Assembly: GCF_004010195.1 (NCBI RefSeq)
Contig: NC_057718.1
Coordinates: forward strand, 57,303,023-57,367,022
DNA: 64,000 nucleotides
Direction of reading: 5' to 3'
Origin: Chiloscyllium plagiosum
Lineage: Eukaryota
Shown: positions 14,058 to 25,742 of the stretch, one piece after another
Layout: each line of letters opens with the position of its first letter
How positions within the stretch are numbered: the stretch's first letter is position 1
Position numbers and translations under genes: made by a program
Notes under the pieces: model-generated
Database searches by the model: none
Seen by the model: only the letters and a program-made list of their open reading frames with translations
What the model was told of the DNA's origin: nothing

Positions 14058-14335
14058 CATACAGGATATTTGCCTTCATTAGCAAGGGTATAGAATATAG
14101 GAACAAAGAAGTCTTATTACAAATTTATAAACATGGGCTTGGCCAGAGATGGAATATTGTGTACAGTTCTGGTCGCCATGCTATCAGAAGGATGAAGAGG
14201 GTACAAGGGAGATTCACCAAGTGCTGGGATGAATAGTCTCAGTTATAAAGAAAGACTAAATAGGCTGGGTTTGTTTTCTTTGAAGCAAAGGATGCTGAGG
14301 GGTTATCTGAATAAGGTTTACAAAATTATGAGAAA
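14058..14335 (+). mobile_element. CR1 RT C-terminal fragment
   Basis: AFISKGIEYRNKEVLLQIYK...EYCVQFWSP...LSYKERLNRLGLFSL. Confidence 0.8.
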
Positions 14336-16139
14336 CAGTTTGCTTTCAAAAGTTGAGAAATCCCTTCCACAATCTTTTGTTTTTAAAATAGCCATTTTTA
14401 TACTACAATCCACAGCCAAAACTACTGAAAATTAAAAATAAACATTTATAATCAGTCTTTACATGAATGAACTTTCTCTGGACTGCTTCTAATGCCAGTA
14501 CTGTATATCTGTCCTTAGATAAGGGAACCAAAATTGTTCACAGTCGTCCGGTTGTGGCCTGCCTAGTGCCTTGCATAGCTTTTGTAAGATCTCCCTATTT
14601 TTAAACTCCATTCCTTGGAAAATAACATCTGATCAGCAATTTGCCTTCACTATTATCCACTGAACTTGATCTCAAATTGTACTTTATCAACCGGAATATG
14701 TGGACTAGGCTTAGTAACATCGCCCAGATTCTATGATATTGGATGGAATAATTGTCTTTGGACTGTTGTATCAAAATCAAATGTCGTCATTGTTTATAGA
14801 GAAGGCACTACTTCCTCTTAGCTGGACTTTGATTGTATCATATTGTAGTACACTTTCATTATATATTTTTTGAAAGGATAATTTGATCATGAAACACAGC
14901 TCAATGTTGAAGTTGTAACATTGACTAAGTTTTGATAAGTTTCACTGTTTCTCTTCCTGAGCAGTGTAATGATATTTTTATTTATTCATTCATAGTATGT
15001 GGGTGTCATTGGCTTGCCAGCATATATTTCCCATCCCTAGTTGCCCTTGAGAAGGTGGTGGGTAAGATGCCTATTGAACTGCTGCAGGCCAGGTGATCCA
15101 TGATATCCTTAAGGAGGGAATTACCCTCAAGGCTACAAAATCAAGTTGAGGCAAAAGAACCAGAACAGTTGGTACTCAGTAGAATCTTCCTTGTTCCCTC
15201 TTCTGTCCAGGAAAATCAGATTTTTTTTTAAACTGGGCGAACATTTCTGCATACATTTGCAGACTCAAGTGAATGTTTCCAGTAGTTGATCTCCATGGTC
15301 GATAAAGAACAAAATTATGATCTCTCAAGCCAGATATTACCCTGGGATCTGACAAAACCAGAGTTAAGATCAGTTGGGATCAGACACTTGACATTTACTG
15401 CTTCCTGAATGGTTTACTTTTATTCAGTTCATGTTAGTTATTAGGATTGGTGACGTGAAGTAAAAGATTAGTCAATTGATGCAAATCTTTATAACACAGA
15501 TGTAAAACAGTGGAAAGCAAAATTGTATTTTCCAAATGGTATTGTTTTTGAATAGCATCTGCAAGTATCATTTTCTAATTGTGTGAGATCTGCTGTGCTT
15601 GATGATTCTGATCATTTCAATTTCCTATTAAACCTCATTTGACAAAGTTGACAATGTCCAGCAGCTGGACTTTTTTATCCAATTGTTAGGGAATTCCAAG
15701 ATTAAAGCAATGTCATGATTTCGTGAAAATTACTTTGGTTCTTTTGAACAAGGATTTGCTTAAAGGAATAATCCTTTGGACAGAGCAAGAGAAAATGCAT
15801 CTAACCAGAGCCAGAATTATAATAATGAAATCAATTTGCTCAGTTACATTATTCTCTTCTAAATTCATTATGCATTTCACAAAACATCAGTCAACATCTT
15901 ACATTGGATTTAAATTCTCAGCCGAAATGTTGCAAATATGTAAGTGACAGAATTTGCTTTGTGGGTATTATGCCTTTTTCTCAAGTTTAAAATGAAGAAA
16001 TTAGTGATACATCTGGGAGAATTCAGAGTATTGATTAATACTTCAGAAGAACCATACAATGCCTGTGAATGAGGGGCAGATATGTTTTCAGTTACAGAAT
16101 CATATGCTGTAGAATGCTAGTTTTATGCTGTAGAATGCT

Positions 16140-16965
16140 AGTCAAACTGTCAAGCCTGCACAAACTCTTCAAATTAGCATGATTACTTAGTGCCAATGTC
16201 CTGCTTTTCCCCCATACCTTTGCACATTATTTTTCTTCACATAATCATCCAGGGTCCTGTTAAATACTTCAATTATACTTGCTTCTACCATTCTTCCAGT
16301 GAGTACATTCCATACCCTAACTACTCACTGTGTGAAAAAACGTTTTCCTCTATTCACCCTTGCTTCTTTTGCAAGTCACTTTAAGTCTATGCCCTCTGGT
16401 TAATGTTCCTTTTGCAAGTGGGAAAAGTCTCTCTCTACCTACTCAATACAGCCCACTCATGATTTTGAAAATCTCTAGCAGTTCTCCTTAGTGAGAAGAC
16501 AACTAAGTAAATAACATTTTCAACTTCTTCAATCTACCCTCATAACTGAAGTTTCTCATCTCTGGATACCTTCTTGTAAATCACTTCTGCATTCCCTCCT
16601 TTGTGTTCACATCCCTCCTATTAGGTGGCACCCAGAACTGTACAGAATACTCCACTGAGATTCAATAAATTTGACACCACTTTTTTACTATAATCCCTTA
16701 TAATGAATAAGGATGCTGTATGCTTGATTTAACCACTTTTTCTGCCTGTCCTGCCACCTTCAATGACCTGTGTATATATATTTAAGTCCCCTTGCTTCTC
16801 AATTGCCTTTAGAAATAAACTGCCTACATTACATCGCCATTCAGTATTCTTCCTACCAATATGCACCACCTCACATTTCTCTGCATCAAGTTTCATTTGG
16901 CAATTGTCAGTCCATTCCACCAAACTGTCACCATCCTTATGGAGTTCTACGCTGTCCTCTCAAGT
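16140..16965 (-). mobile_element. Degenerate CR1 3' fragment
   Basis: Minus ORF EWTDNCQMKLDAEKCEVVHIGRKN; EYSVQFW-like segment. Confidence 0.75.
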
Positions 16966-18229
16966 TACAGTACTTCCAAGTTTCCATTCATTATTTCTTG
17001 CATGGAAAGATTTGCTGTTAGGCTCGTTGAAACTATGTGTATAGCTTATGAGAATGGTAAATCACAGACAGTTCATTCAGACCTATTTTTCATCTAGAAT
17101 GGTAAACTATTCTTTTTTCTTAAGTTGTCAAAAAGATTACTGATTGTTATGATCCTTTGCTGCTATTACTGATTGAATCAGACTTGATAGATCATATTTT
17201 GGTTTTAATGAGGTGGTCTTTCATTGAAACACAAGAGTGCAAAGCTGCAGATTTGGATTTAACAATGAAACAAAGTTTATTGTGCAAAAGGAATGAAAAT
17301 ACAGAATAAACCAAATTATTTACATTAAACATGTTTAAAGATTTTGAAACACAGAGTTAAAAACAATCTTATTAATCCCAGCAGCACTCCTACTGTCCCA
17401 CCAATACTCATACTACAGAGAATTTCCTTCTCTATCTCATCTATAGGGAGTAAATTAACTGTGACTTCAAGGTCTTCAATTAGACTTTCTGGATTTCAAA
17501 TAACCCCTTCATGGTTTAAACCAACAATTTTGGGTGTAGAACTTTCCAACTAAACTCCTTACACTGAAGTAACACATCTCTTAAGTTTTAAGTTTGCTCC
17601 TCTCTTCAGGAGCAACTGTCTTACACATCCAGTTCCAGCCAAGACTTCTACAAACTGAAACATAAGCAATAGGTGTTTCCCCAAAGACCAAAATAAAAAG
17701 CCTACAATGTAGCTTATTACTTTGTTTGCTCATGAAGCTTACTCAATGAAAATGAAAGTCATTATTCCCCAGGAAGTTTGTCTCATACTGTGCTTTAAAA
17801 GAAATTACCAGTACTACAGAAATACATTCAAGTTAATCATTAAATGCCTTCATAGATGCAGACCAAACATACATGGCGTTAGCTCGAACTCTAACTTAGA
17901 AATATTCTAAAATATTAAAATATATATAAATCACACATATTATATCACAAGGCTTGCATTATTTGAAAATTTTGTCCTAGAAAAGCACAAAAACTCTTGA
18001 AATCAGAACATGAAAGCATGCAACTTTTATAACCACAACCTCTTCCAAGTGCACGTATGTAAGTGTGACCTTTGATGTCATAAGTGTAATAGAGGTGTTA
18101 TAATTATTGCCTAACTTGGAAATTATTTACTGATTACTTGAAAAAAAAATCAATTGTCATGAGGATTTGTACATAGGTACCTGAAAATAAAGAGGAGTGT
18201 TCTGTCAAAATGCATTTAAACACAATAGC

Positions 18230-18680
18230 TCTAAAGCGCTGAAATAGTGTATTGGGTATAGTTTGCCTTAAAACTTTGAGGGAAAGTGAGGCAAGACAAT
18301 GTAAACTACCACAAATGGCACAATTTTAAAGTGAGTGCAAGAACATGAAATGTTCATGACTTTGAGATTTTTACACAAAAATCATTGAAGGTGGCAGTAC
18401 AATTTAGCAAAGCTTTATCTATAGGAGAGTACAAAAAAAATGAGAAAGTGGTGTTGAACTTGTATAAGACCATAATTTGTCCCTCACTGAAATATTCTGT
18501 TTAATCTGGACGCTACACTTGTGGAAGGACACAGAGGCTTTGAAGAGCATATAGCTAAAATTCCAAGGATGAAGAATTAAAGTTATAAAGGATAGACTTG
18601 AAAAGCTGGGATCTTCTTAGAGCAGAAAGATTGAAGGGAAATACAGCTATTTAAAGATCAGGATTCAGAGAAGGTGGCAG
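18230..18680 (+). mobile_element. Degenerate CR1 RT C-terminal fragment
   Basis: EKVVLNLYKTIICPSLKYSV-like and aagttataaaggatagacttgaaaagctggg segments. Confidence 0.6.
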
Positions 18681-19879
18681 AGGCTTAAGGAGATTGACAA
18701 AAAAGCTGAACTTACGATTCCATTGCCTGAAAGATGGAGTCTGGCTATCCTATTTGTCTTCTAGCCATGAATGGTTTCAGTTTTCCTTTGACTTCAATTT
18801 TCCAAGAACCATGACCAATTTCAGGAAAAGAATCAATGGAATAAACATCACAGAAGGCCATTCAGCCTATCAAATCTGCACCAGTTCATTCTAAACGAAA
18901 TCTAGATAGTCCCATTCATCAGCTCTTTCAGCATATACCTGCAATTTTGCTTCAAGTATTTAGCCAATTCCTCTTTGAAAGCTACAATTGATCTGTATTT
19001 ACCACATACACACCAAACTTTCCATTCAGCTATGAACCCCAAAGTATATTGGAATATAATTTATATTCAACCCCCACACCAAAACCAAACAATTCTATGG
19101 TCAGACTTTTATAACTACTGTATGATATCATATTTACTGCTCTAAAGTTGTTAGGCAACACAATATAATCAAATCAGTTGGGTAGTCTGCACTTAGATGC
19201 TAATTCAGTAATTCATACCAATACTCATGATCTCTTGCTTGCTCTCATTTTCTCATTCACCCTCATTTCTCACACTCCCTTAATTCTCACTATTCACTCT
19301 TGCACATTTTCCTTTCATGTCTCAGCATGCTAAGAAGGATTGAGACAGACAGACAAGAACAACTTAGAACTAGCAGGTTGGAAACAGCAGGTGTTAGGTG
19401 AGCAAACAAACAAAAGGTCATCAGTCGGAATTCTAGGTGGGTGGACAGCTGAGCCAGTTGGGTCAAGCCAACTGGAAAAATGGTTGGCTGAGAAGCACCA
19501 TAGGCAAGCTATTTCCTTCAGACAAAAGTGGAATCTTATGATGCTTAAGAAGTTCCAAACTGTGAAGTCTGTACCAGCAGAAGTTCTAGCTAATTTGCTT
19601 AATTATGCAACCTCAGTTTGGGTTGGCTGATGCAGAGCTTATATACTTAGAAATGCCTTTCTCCCCACCCTTTCCTTCCTCATATATGCAAAGAGTACTG
19701 CTGGTTTTTATTTAGCTGAAAATCACACATTACTAATGCAGATTCCTCTGTTTTCCCAGCTAAGGTTACTGTATCAATTTAGGCATTGGCTTGCAGAATT
19801 AGCCAAAAGATTCTGGGAAGAATCCCAGCCCCTAGTCATCGTTTTCAATTATATAAGGAATACTTCCTTTTCAACTCAA

Positions 19880-19951
19880 TTTATTTTCTTAGTATTTTGA
19901 AATTACTTGCATAATAAGTAGCTCAATCTTCCAAGTATCAATAATTTTATT
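19880..19951 (-). terminator. Candidate PNPT1 polyadenylation signals (AATAAA at 19946-19951 and 19880-19885)
   Basis: tttatt on the plus strand 190-260 nt downstream of the stop codon; usage is not shown by the sequence. Confidence 0.4.
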
Positions 19952-20140
19952 ACACCAAAAACATTGTTGGCAATTACAATGTCACAATTACTGTATCAAT
20001 TGAGGAAAAGCACACAAAATCAATTTATATAGTCTGTATAAAAAAAATTACAATTTTTAGCCTAGGTTAAAATAAATGTGTAGTTCGAGGAGTTCATCAA
20101 GTTTCCTCATGTACTATTGCTTCTGACAGTATGAACATGG

Positions 20141-20296
20141 TCAAGGGGAAGCACTAGACGCCGAAGACTCTCTTGTTCCCATCACAATGCTATTTTTGTC
20201 GCTCAAGTTCTTAACTACGGTTGCCACTGGAGACTGCAGAACTTTGCGAGAAAGCCTCATCCTTCCATCTGTGGGATCACGACCAAAATACTTCAC
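20141..20296 (-). CDS. PNPT1: Polyribonucleotide nucleotidyltransferase 1 (PNPase), last coding exon (human exon 28 equivalent)
   Basis: 156 nt, tag|GTG...[54 protein letters not shown]. Confidence 0.96.
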   Translation of the reverse strand: MKYFGRDPTDGRMRLSRKVLQSPVATVVKNLSDKNSIVMGTRESSASSASP

Positions 20297-20639
20297 CTAT
20301 TTTTAAAAGGAAATATTTTCCTCCATATTAATGCTTTCATTGTACTTCAACATTCTCATTCATTAAAATTCTTAATTTCTTCATTTGGATTTCATATTTG
20401 CAAAGTTTCAGGTTTCAACAAATAACATTAAATCAAGAAAGGAATTAAATACTTAGGGTTCTAATGAGTAATAACTGTAAGGACCATTTCTTTTTATTTT
20501 TGTGTTTTTTTTAAAATTGCAGCCTGAAACGTGAAAGAACTATTTTAAAAACCAAGAATGGCTGTATGTTTTGATGAACAAGTAACCTGACACTCCTATA
20601 CATAGTTTAAACAGCTACTTGAAAAAGGAGTAATTAAAG

Positions 20640-20878
20640 CAAACAGAATATTGGAGAAGCTTAGCAAGTTTGGCAGCATCTGTGGAGAAAGATAGTTAAC
20701 ATTTCGAATCCAGTATGGTTGTCATCAGTTCTTCCGCTGAAAAACTCTTCAGTTCTGAAGTCATACCAGAATCAAAATGCCAGTTGTCTTTCTCTCTTCA
20801 CTAATACTGCCAGAACTGCTAAGTTTCTCCAGCATTCTCAGTGTTTATTTGTTTCAGATTTCAAACATCCATTCTGCT
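20640..20878. repeat. Old degenerate fold-back element related to the PLE mini-elements
   Basis: agaatattggagaagcttagcaagtttggcagcatc pairs with atactgccagaactgctaagtttctccagcattct. Confidence 0.6.
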
Positions 20879-21557
20879 TTTAAGCAGAACTTGAAGTTTA
20901 GGTTGCAGATAAACTGGAGTTACTGTGTTCTGTATTCAGATGGAGCTCTGTTTGGCCTATGGATTAGTTTGTGATGACAAAACTTGGGGCTGGCATCAAG
21001 ATATCTAATTAAATAATCAGGTCTTCACCGGCATCGGAACTGCCTCTGTTCTCAGAGGTCAAAAGCCACTTTAAAAATGAAGAAAACTAGATTATCTTTC
21101 ATTCAATGGTTTCAATGAGCTGTGACTTTTAATTGACAAGTCAGAGACCTTTTAAGTGAATCAGACACCCAGTTTATTTTGCAAACCTGTGAAAGTTTTT
21201 GGAAAAGGAAGATCAAGAAGAAACCTTCCAATCAGCAAGAACCAACTCAACAGATCATGGAAACAAAGACTACAGAAATCTGATCCATGCTTTATATCAA
21301 CCTGGATCTGGAAATCAGCTAATTTGGGGAATAGGAAATACTTATTTTAAAATCTTTAACTTTTACGATGACTTTGGGAACAGGGGTCTTGATTTCCAGC
21401 ATATTACCCAGTGAAGTATGATTCATTTTGTCAATTGGTCAGTTCCAAATTGTAAGTAATGTAGAAATAGCTGGTCATGACACAGTAGCAGCATCCCGAC
21501 ATCTGGGCCAGAATCTCTGGGTTCAGCCGCTAGGCTAAGACTTGTTATAAATCATTG

Positions 21558-21845
21558 AAACATAGAAACTAGGAGCAGTAGGTCATTTGAGCCTGCTGTG
21601 CCATTTCATAAGATTGTAGCTGATCCTCTATCACAATGTCACATTCCTGCTTTCTTCCCATACCCTTTGATACCTTCATAATCATTACAAAAAAACTTTT
21701 GAATAAATTCTGTAACTTGGCCTTCACAGCCTTCTGTGATAGAGAATTCCACAGGTTCACTACACTTTGAATGAAGAAATATTTCCACATCTCAAACCTG
21801 AACAGCCCATCCATATTCTGAGACTGTTTTCATTAGTTCTAGTCT
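21558..21845 (-). mobile_element. CR1 3' fragment (second subfamily)
   Basis: Minus ORF FRFEMWKYFFIQSVVNLWNSLSQKAV; gaaacatagaaac tail. Confidence 0.8.
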
Positions 21846-22072
21846 TTTTCACGCAGGGGGTGGTGCATATACGGAATGGGCAGCCAGAGGAAATGGAGGG
21901 GGCTGATATAATTACAACATTTAAAAGGCATCAGGAGGGTATATGAACAGTAAGGTTTAGAAGGATATGGGCCAAGTACTGGCAAATGGGACTAGATTAA
22001 TTTAGGATATCTGGTTGGCATGCATGAGTTGGACTGAAGGGTCTGTTGCTGTGCTGTACATCTCTGACTCTA
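21845..22072 (+). mobile_element. CR1 3' end
   Basis: tttttcacgcag...gctgtacatctctgactcta. Confidence 0.85.
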
Positions 22073-22593
22073 AGTAGCTTCCAAAAGGAGGCTTTTGATT
22101 TTCAAAGTTTCATTTTATTTCAGGTTTTGAAGCAAATGGTCATTTGTAAGAAGTATGCGTTTTTGGAGATAAGCCCTCTATAATGGGCAGGGTTTTGTTT
22201 TAGTACTGACAATCTCCTCTTACACCTTTGCATCACATTGTTTGTGTGTGTGAGGGTTGACAGGTCCTCAGGCATTAACTGTTCAGGGTCAGGCATTTCA
22301 TACAATCATGTCTGCAGAGGGGCTGAAGTCTGACTTGAGAGCTACTGATCAATAAAAGGTCAGCACCAGAAGTGGTGGCTAAGGACAAGTGGTCAATCAT
22401 TTAGCAATGAGATGAGAGCATTTTGTACTTGGAGGGCACTCCACTTATTGAGTACACTTAATTTTTGTTGTCTCAGGGAAATGGAGTGTGGAGAGTGAGT
22501 AGGAAAGTGGAGTTGAGACAGAAAATTAAATTAAATGGCAGAGCAGATTTGAGGGGCCTGTTTCTGTTTCTTATATACATATGACAAGAATAC

Positions 22594-22641
22594 CTGAATC
22601 TGTTGTCCAACTTCCAGTCCAATGGCACTTGGATGTTTGAT
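22594..22641 (-). CDS. PNPT1: PNPT1 exon 27 equivalent (S1 domain)
   Basis: 48 nt, IKHPSAIGLEVGQQIQ, AG/GT. Confidence 0.95.
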
Positions 22642-22800
22642 CTAAAAATAAAAAAATGACAATGTTTCAGATGTTATGATAAATGTTTCATCAAATTAAA
22701 AAGACTTCTTAATCGAATATATGAAATAAGATGAGGTCATGAGTATGCTGCATTTTTACGTTTTGTTATTTGCAATGTATTTAGCTGTGAACTGTCTTAC

Positions 22801-22879
22801 CCTTCTGTGGTCAAGTTGTGAATTATGCAGTAAAACTGCAGTCATATTGGGATACAGCTTCACCATTACTCCAATATCC
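22801..22879 (-). CDS. PNPT1: PNPT1 exon 26 equivalent (S1 domain)
   Basis: 79 nt, (R)[30 protein letters not shown]. Confidence 0.95.
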
Positions 22880-23003
22880 CTAGATAAAAGTTAAAGTTAT
22901 ACAGTCAATGTTGTTACATAAAACATTACATAAATTAAGTGAACTTCGTCAGGGCTCGAACAAATTTAGCTAGAACAAATTTAGAATAAACAAGTTGTTC
23001 ACT

Positions 23004-23826
23004 GCAAACAATGACTGCAGATACTGGAAACCAGATTCTGGATTAGTGGTGCTGGAAGAGCACAGCAGTTCAGGCAGCACCCGAGGAGCAGAAACAAAAA
23101 AAAAGAAAAAAAAAAAAGAAAAATCAATGTTTTGGGCAAAAGCCCTTCATCAAGAATGAGGCTGGGAGCTTCAGGGGTGGAGAGATAAATGGGAGGGGGG
23201 AGGTGAGGCTGGTGAGAAAGTAGCTGAGTGTGCAGTAGGTGGATGGAGATGGGGGTGAAGATGATAGCTTGGAGAGGAGAGTGGAGTGGATAGGTGGGAA
23301 GTAAAATTGACAGGTGGGACAGGTAATGAGGACGGTGCTGAGCTGGAAGGTTGGAACTGGGGTAAGGTGGGGGGAGGGGAAATGAGGAAACTGGTAAAGT
23401 CCACATTGATGACATGGGGTTGAAGAGTCCCAAGGCAAAAGAGGAGGCGTTCTTCCTCCAGACGTCAGGTGGTGAGGGAGTGGCGGTGGAGGCAGCCCAG
23501 GACCTGCATGTCCTTGGCAGAGTGGGAGGGGGAGTTGAAATGTTTGGCCACAGGGCAGTGGGGTTGATTGGTGCAGGTGTCCCAGAGTTGTTCCCTAAAC
23601 GGTCTGCAAGAAGGCGTCCAGCCTCCCCAATATAGACGAGACCGCATCTGGAGCAACGGATACAATAAATGACATTGGTGTAAGAAAAAGGAAGAAACAG
23701 AAGGCTTGGAGGCCCAGTTCATGGCGGATGGAAGTGTAGAGGGGCTGGATGTCCATGGTGAAGATGAGGCATTGGGGGCCGGGGAAACAGAAGTCTTGGA
23801 GGAAGTGGAGGGCGTGAGTGGTGTCA
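23004..23826 (-). mobile_element. Neptune-type PLE, internally deleted (short RT piece fused to GIY-YIG endonuclease and pLTR)
   Basis: RT piece (FTMDIQPLYTSIRHE), YCIRCSRCGLVYIGE, PVAKHFNSPSHSAKDMQVLG, decayed hammerhead at about 23122-23157. Confidence 0.85.
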
Positions 23827-24082
23827 ACTTAGTAACGGTCACTAATGGAGCATAGATACCTATTTACTAATTACATGTATTATATGCATGATGGATGGTT
23901 TCACTGGTCATAGGTCCACTGTTAGCATTAATGCTCTGGGAAATGGAAGTGGAAATTCTTATTTCTTTGTTAAGAGGTCACCTTTTGCAACAGAGTTGCC
24001 AAAAACACAAACAAACAAATACACACAGTTTAGAGGCTCAGCTCTACTTCGTATGAAGTATGACTTGCTTTGATGTATTTAC

Positions 24083-24138
24083 CGTATTTCAGTTATAGTG
24101 GCAGTGTAAACGGCACCAAACTCCAGTTGCTGTTCTTG
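24083..24138 (-). CDS. PNPT1: PNPT1 exon 25 equivalent
   Basis: 56 nt, [18 protein letters not shown](R), AG/GT. Confidence 0.96.
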
Positions 24139-24221
24139 CTGTGGAAAAGAAAAGCCACAGTTTGTTTAATAAAGAACAAACAAACAAACAAGCTAAACTG
24201 CAAAGTCATGTTTAGACTTAC

Positions 24222-24328
24222 ATCATCCTTGCAGAGTTCACTAATGAACTCAGTGGCTTCATGCATAGCACTTGGAGTTGGGGCAAATACGGAGAATGTT
24301 TCTTCATCTACTTGAGATATTGTTACCC
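24222..24328 (-). CDS. PNPT1: PNPT1 exon 24 equivalent (KH domain)
   Basis: 107 nt, (G)[39 protein letters not shown]. Confidence 0.96.
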
Positions 24329-24635
24329 CTTTGAAAGGAAGAGGAACAAAAAAAGTTTTGTTTGATTAAAATAATAGCCTAAAGACAGTAAAAAAGCTCT
24401 TGTAGTTTTGCTGTACAAAATCGAATAGCTGAGCCATACAGACTGAGATACATTCCTGGCTGACCTCCCATCTTCAAGCCTCTTTAAAGTTACATTATGC
24501 ACAGGTGAGACAGGGTCACAATATCCCTCCTTTTTTTTTTTAAAACCCTTCTTGGTCAGTCACGACACCTTTGCTTTCTAAAACTTGTGCTCTTTTAGCA
24601 TGTCGTGGTAATGTCACTGGACTAGTTATCCAGAA

Positions 24636-24869
24636 GGAGAAAGTGAGGGCTGCAGATGCTGGAGACCAGAGCTGAAAATGTGTTGCTGGAAAAGCGCAGC
24701 AGGTCAGGCAGCATCCAAGGAACAGGAGAATCAGCATTTCGGGCATAAGCCCTTTTTCAGGAATGATGAAGGAATGATTCCTGAAGAAGGGCTTATGCCC
24801 GAAACGTCGATTCTCCTGTTCCTTGGATGCTGCCTGACCTGCTGTGCTTTTCCAGCAACACATTTTCAG
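24636..24869. mobile_element. Fold-back PLE mini-element with perfect 14 bp TSD
   Basis: About 95 bp inverted arms; ctagttatccagaa at 24622-24635 and 24870-24883. Confidence 0.92.
24777..24812 (+). ncRNA. Minimal type I hammerhead ribozyme, family A, intact core
   Basis: AUUC CUGAAGA A GGGC UUAU GCCC GAAAC GUC/GAUU. Confidence 0.8.
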
Positions 24870-24956
24870 CTAGTTATCCAGAACCCCAGGCTATTGATGA
24901 AATTTGAATTCAATGAAAGTCTATTATAAAACAGTAGGCCTAATGCAAATAACACT

Positions 24957-25742
24957 TGGAGAAAGTGAGGACTGCAGATGCTGGAGATCAGAGCTGAAAA
25001 TTGTGTTGCTGGAAAAGCGCAGGTCAGGCAGCATCCAAGGAGCAGGAGAATCAACGTTTCGGGTATAAGCCCTTCTTCAGGAATGATGAAGGTGTGCCAA
25101 GCAGGCTAAGATAAAAGGTAGGGAGGCCCCAAGGGATCCTTCCATATCCGTCACAAATTCACCTGCACCTCCACATACATCATTTACTGCATCCGCTGCA
25201 CCCGATGTGGCCTCCTCTACATTGGGGAGACAGGCCGCCTACTTGCGGAATGTTTCAGAGAACATCTCTGGGACACCCAGACCAACCAACCAACCGCCCC
25301 GTGGCTGAACACTAACTCCCCCTCCCACTCTGCCAAGGACATGCAGGTCCTTGGCCTCCTCCATCGCCAGACCATGGCAACACGATCCTGGAGGAAGAGC
25401 GCCTCATCTTCCGTCTAAAAACCCTCCAACCACAAGGGATGAATGCAGATTTCTCCAGCTTCCTCATTTCCTCTCCCCCCACCTTATCTCAGTCCCAACC
25501 CTCGGACTCAGCACCACCTTCTTGACCAGCAATCTTCTTCCCGACCTCTCCGCCCACACCCCCTCTCCGGCCTATCACCCTCACCTTAACCTCCTTCACC
25601 TATCGCATTCCCAACGCCCGTCCCTACCTTCTATCTTAGCCTGCTTGGCACACTTTCCTCATTATGCCCGAAACGTCGATTCTCCTTCTCCTTGGATAAT
25701 GTCTGACCTGCTGCACTTTTTCAGCAACACATTTTTCAGCTC
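24957..25742 (+). mobile_element. 5'-truncated Neptune-type PLE: inverted pLTR arm + GIY-YIG endonuclease + pLTR
   Basis: From 25125: GPKGSFHIRHKFTCTSTYIIYCIRCTRCGLLYIGETGRLLAECFREH; TSD tgcaaataac at 24944-24953 and 25743-25752. Confidence 0.9.
25049..25084 (-). ncRNA. Hammerhead motif, family A, core intact with GUU site and shortened stem II
   Basis: AUUC CUGAAGA A GGG CUUAUA CCC GAAAC GUU/GAUU. Confidence 0.65.

Noticed and set aside
16103..16142. 19 bp direct repeat tatgctgtagaatgctagt
   Set aside because: Two-copy local slippage at a decayed CR1 tail; not an array, and no CRISPR or other prokaryotic features are present
20970..21482. Possible solo LTR (tgtgatgac...gtcatgaca ends); similar TG...CA candidate at 17145-17948
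   Set aside because: No matching TSD, no second copy or internal domain in the window
21558..22072. Opposed CR1 pieces resembling a twin-priming inversion
   Set aside because: Both pieces are 3' ends of different subfamilies, so two independent insertions
24540..25054. Recurrent short ORFs MCCWKSAAGQAASKEQEN on both strands
   Set aside because: Translations of the palindromic pLTR repeat, not a gene family
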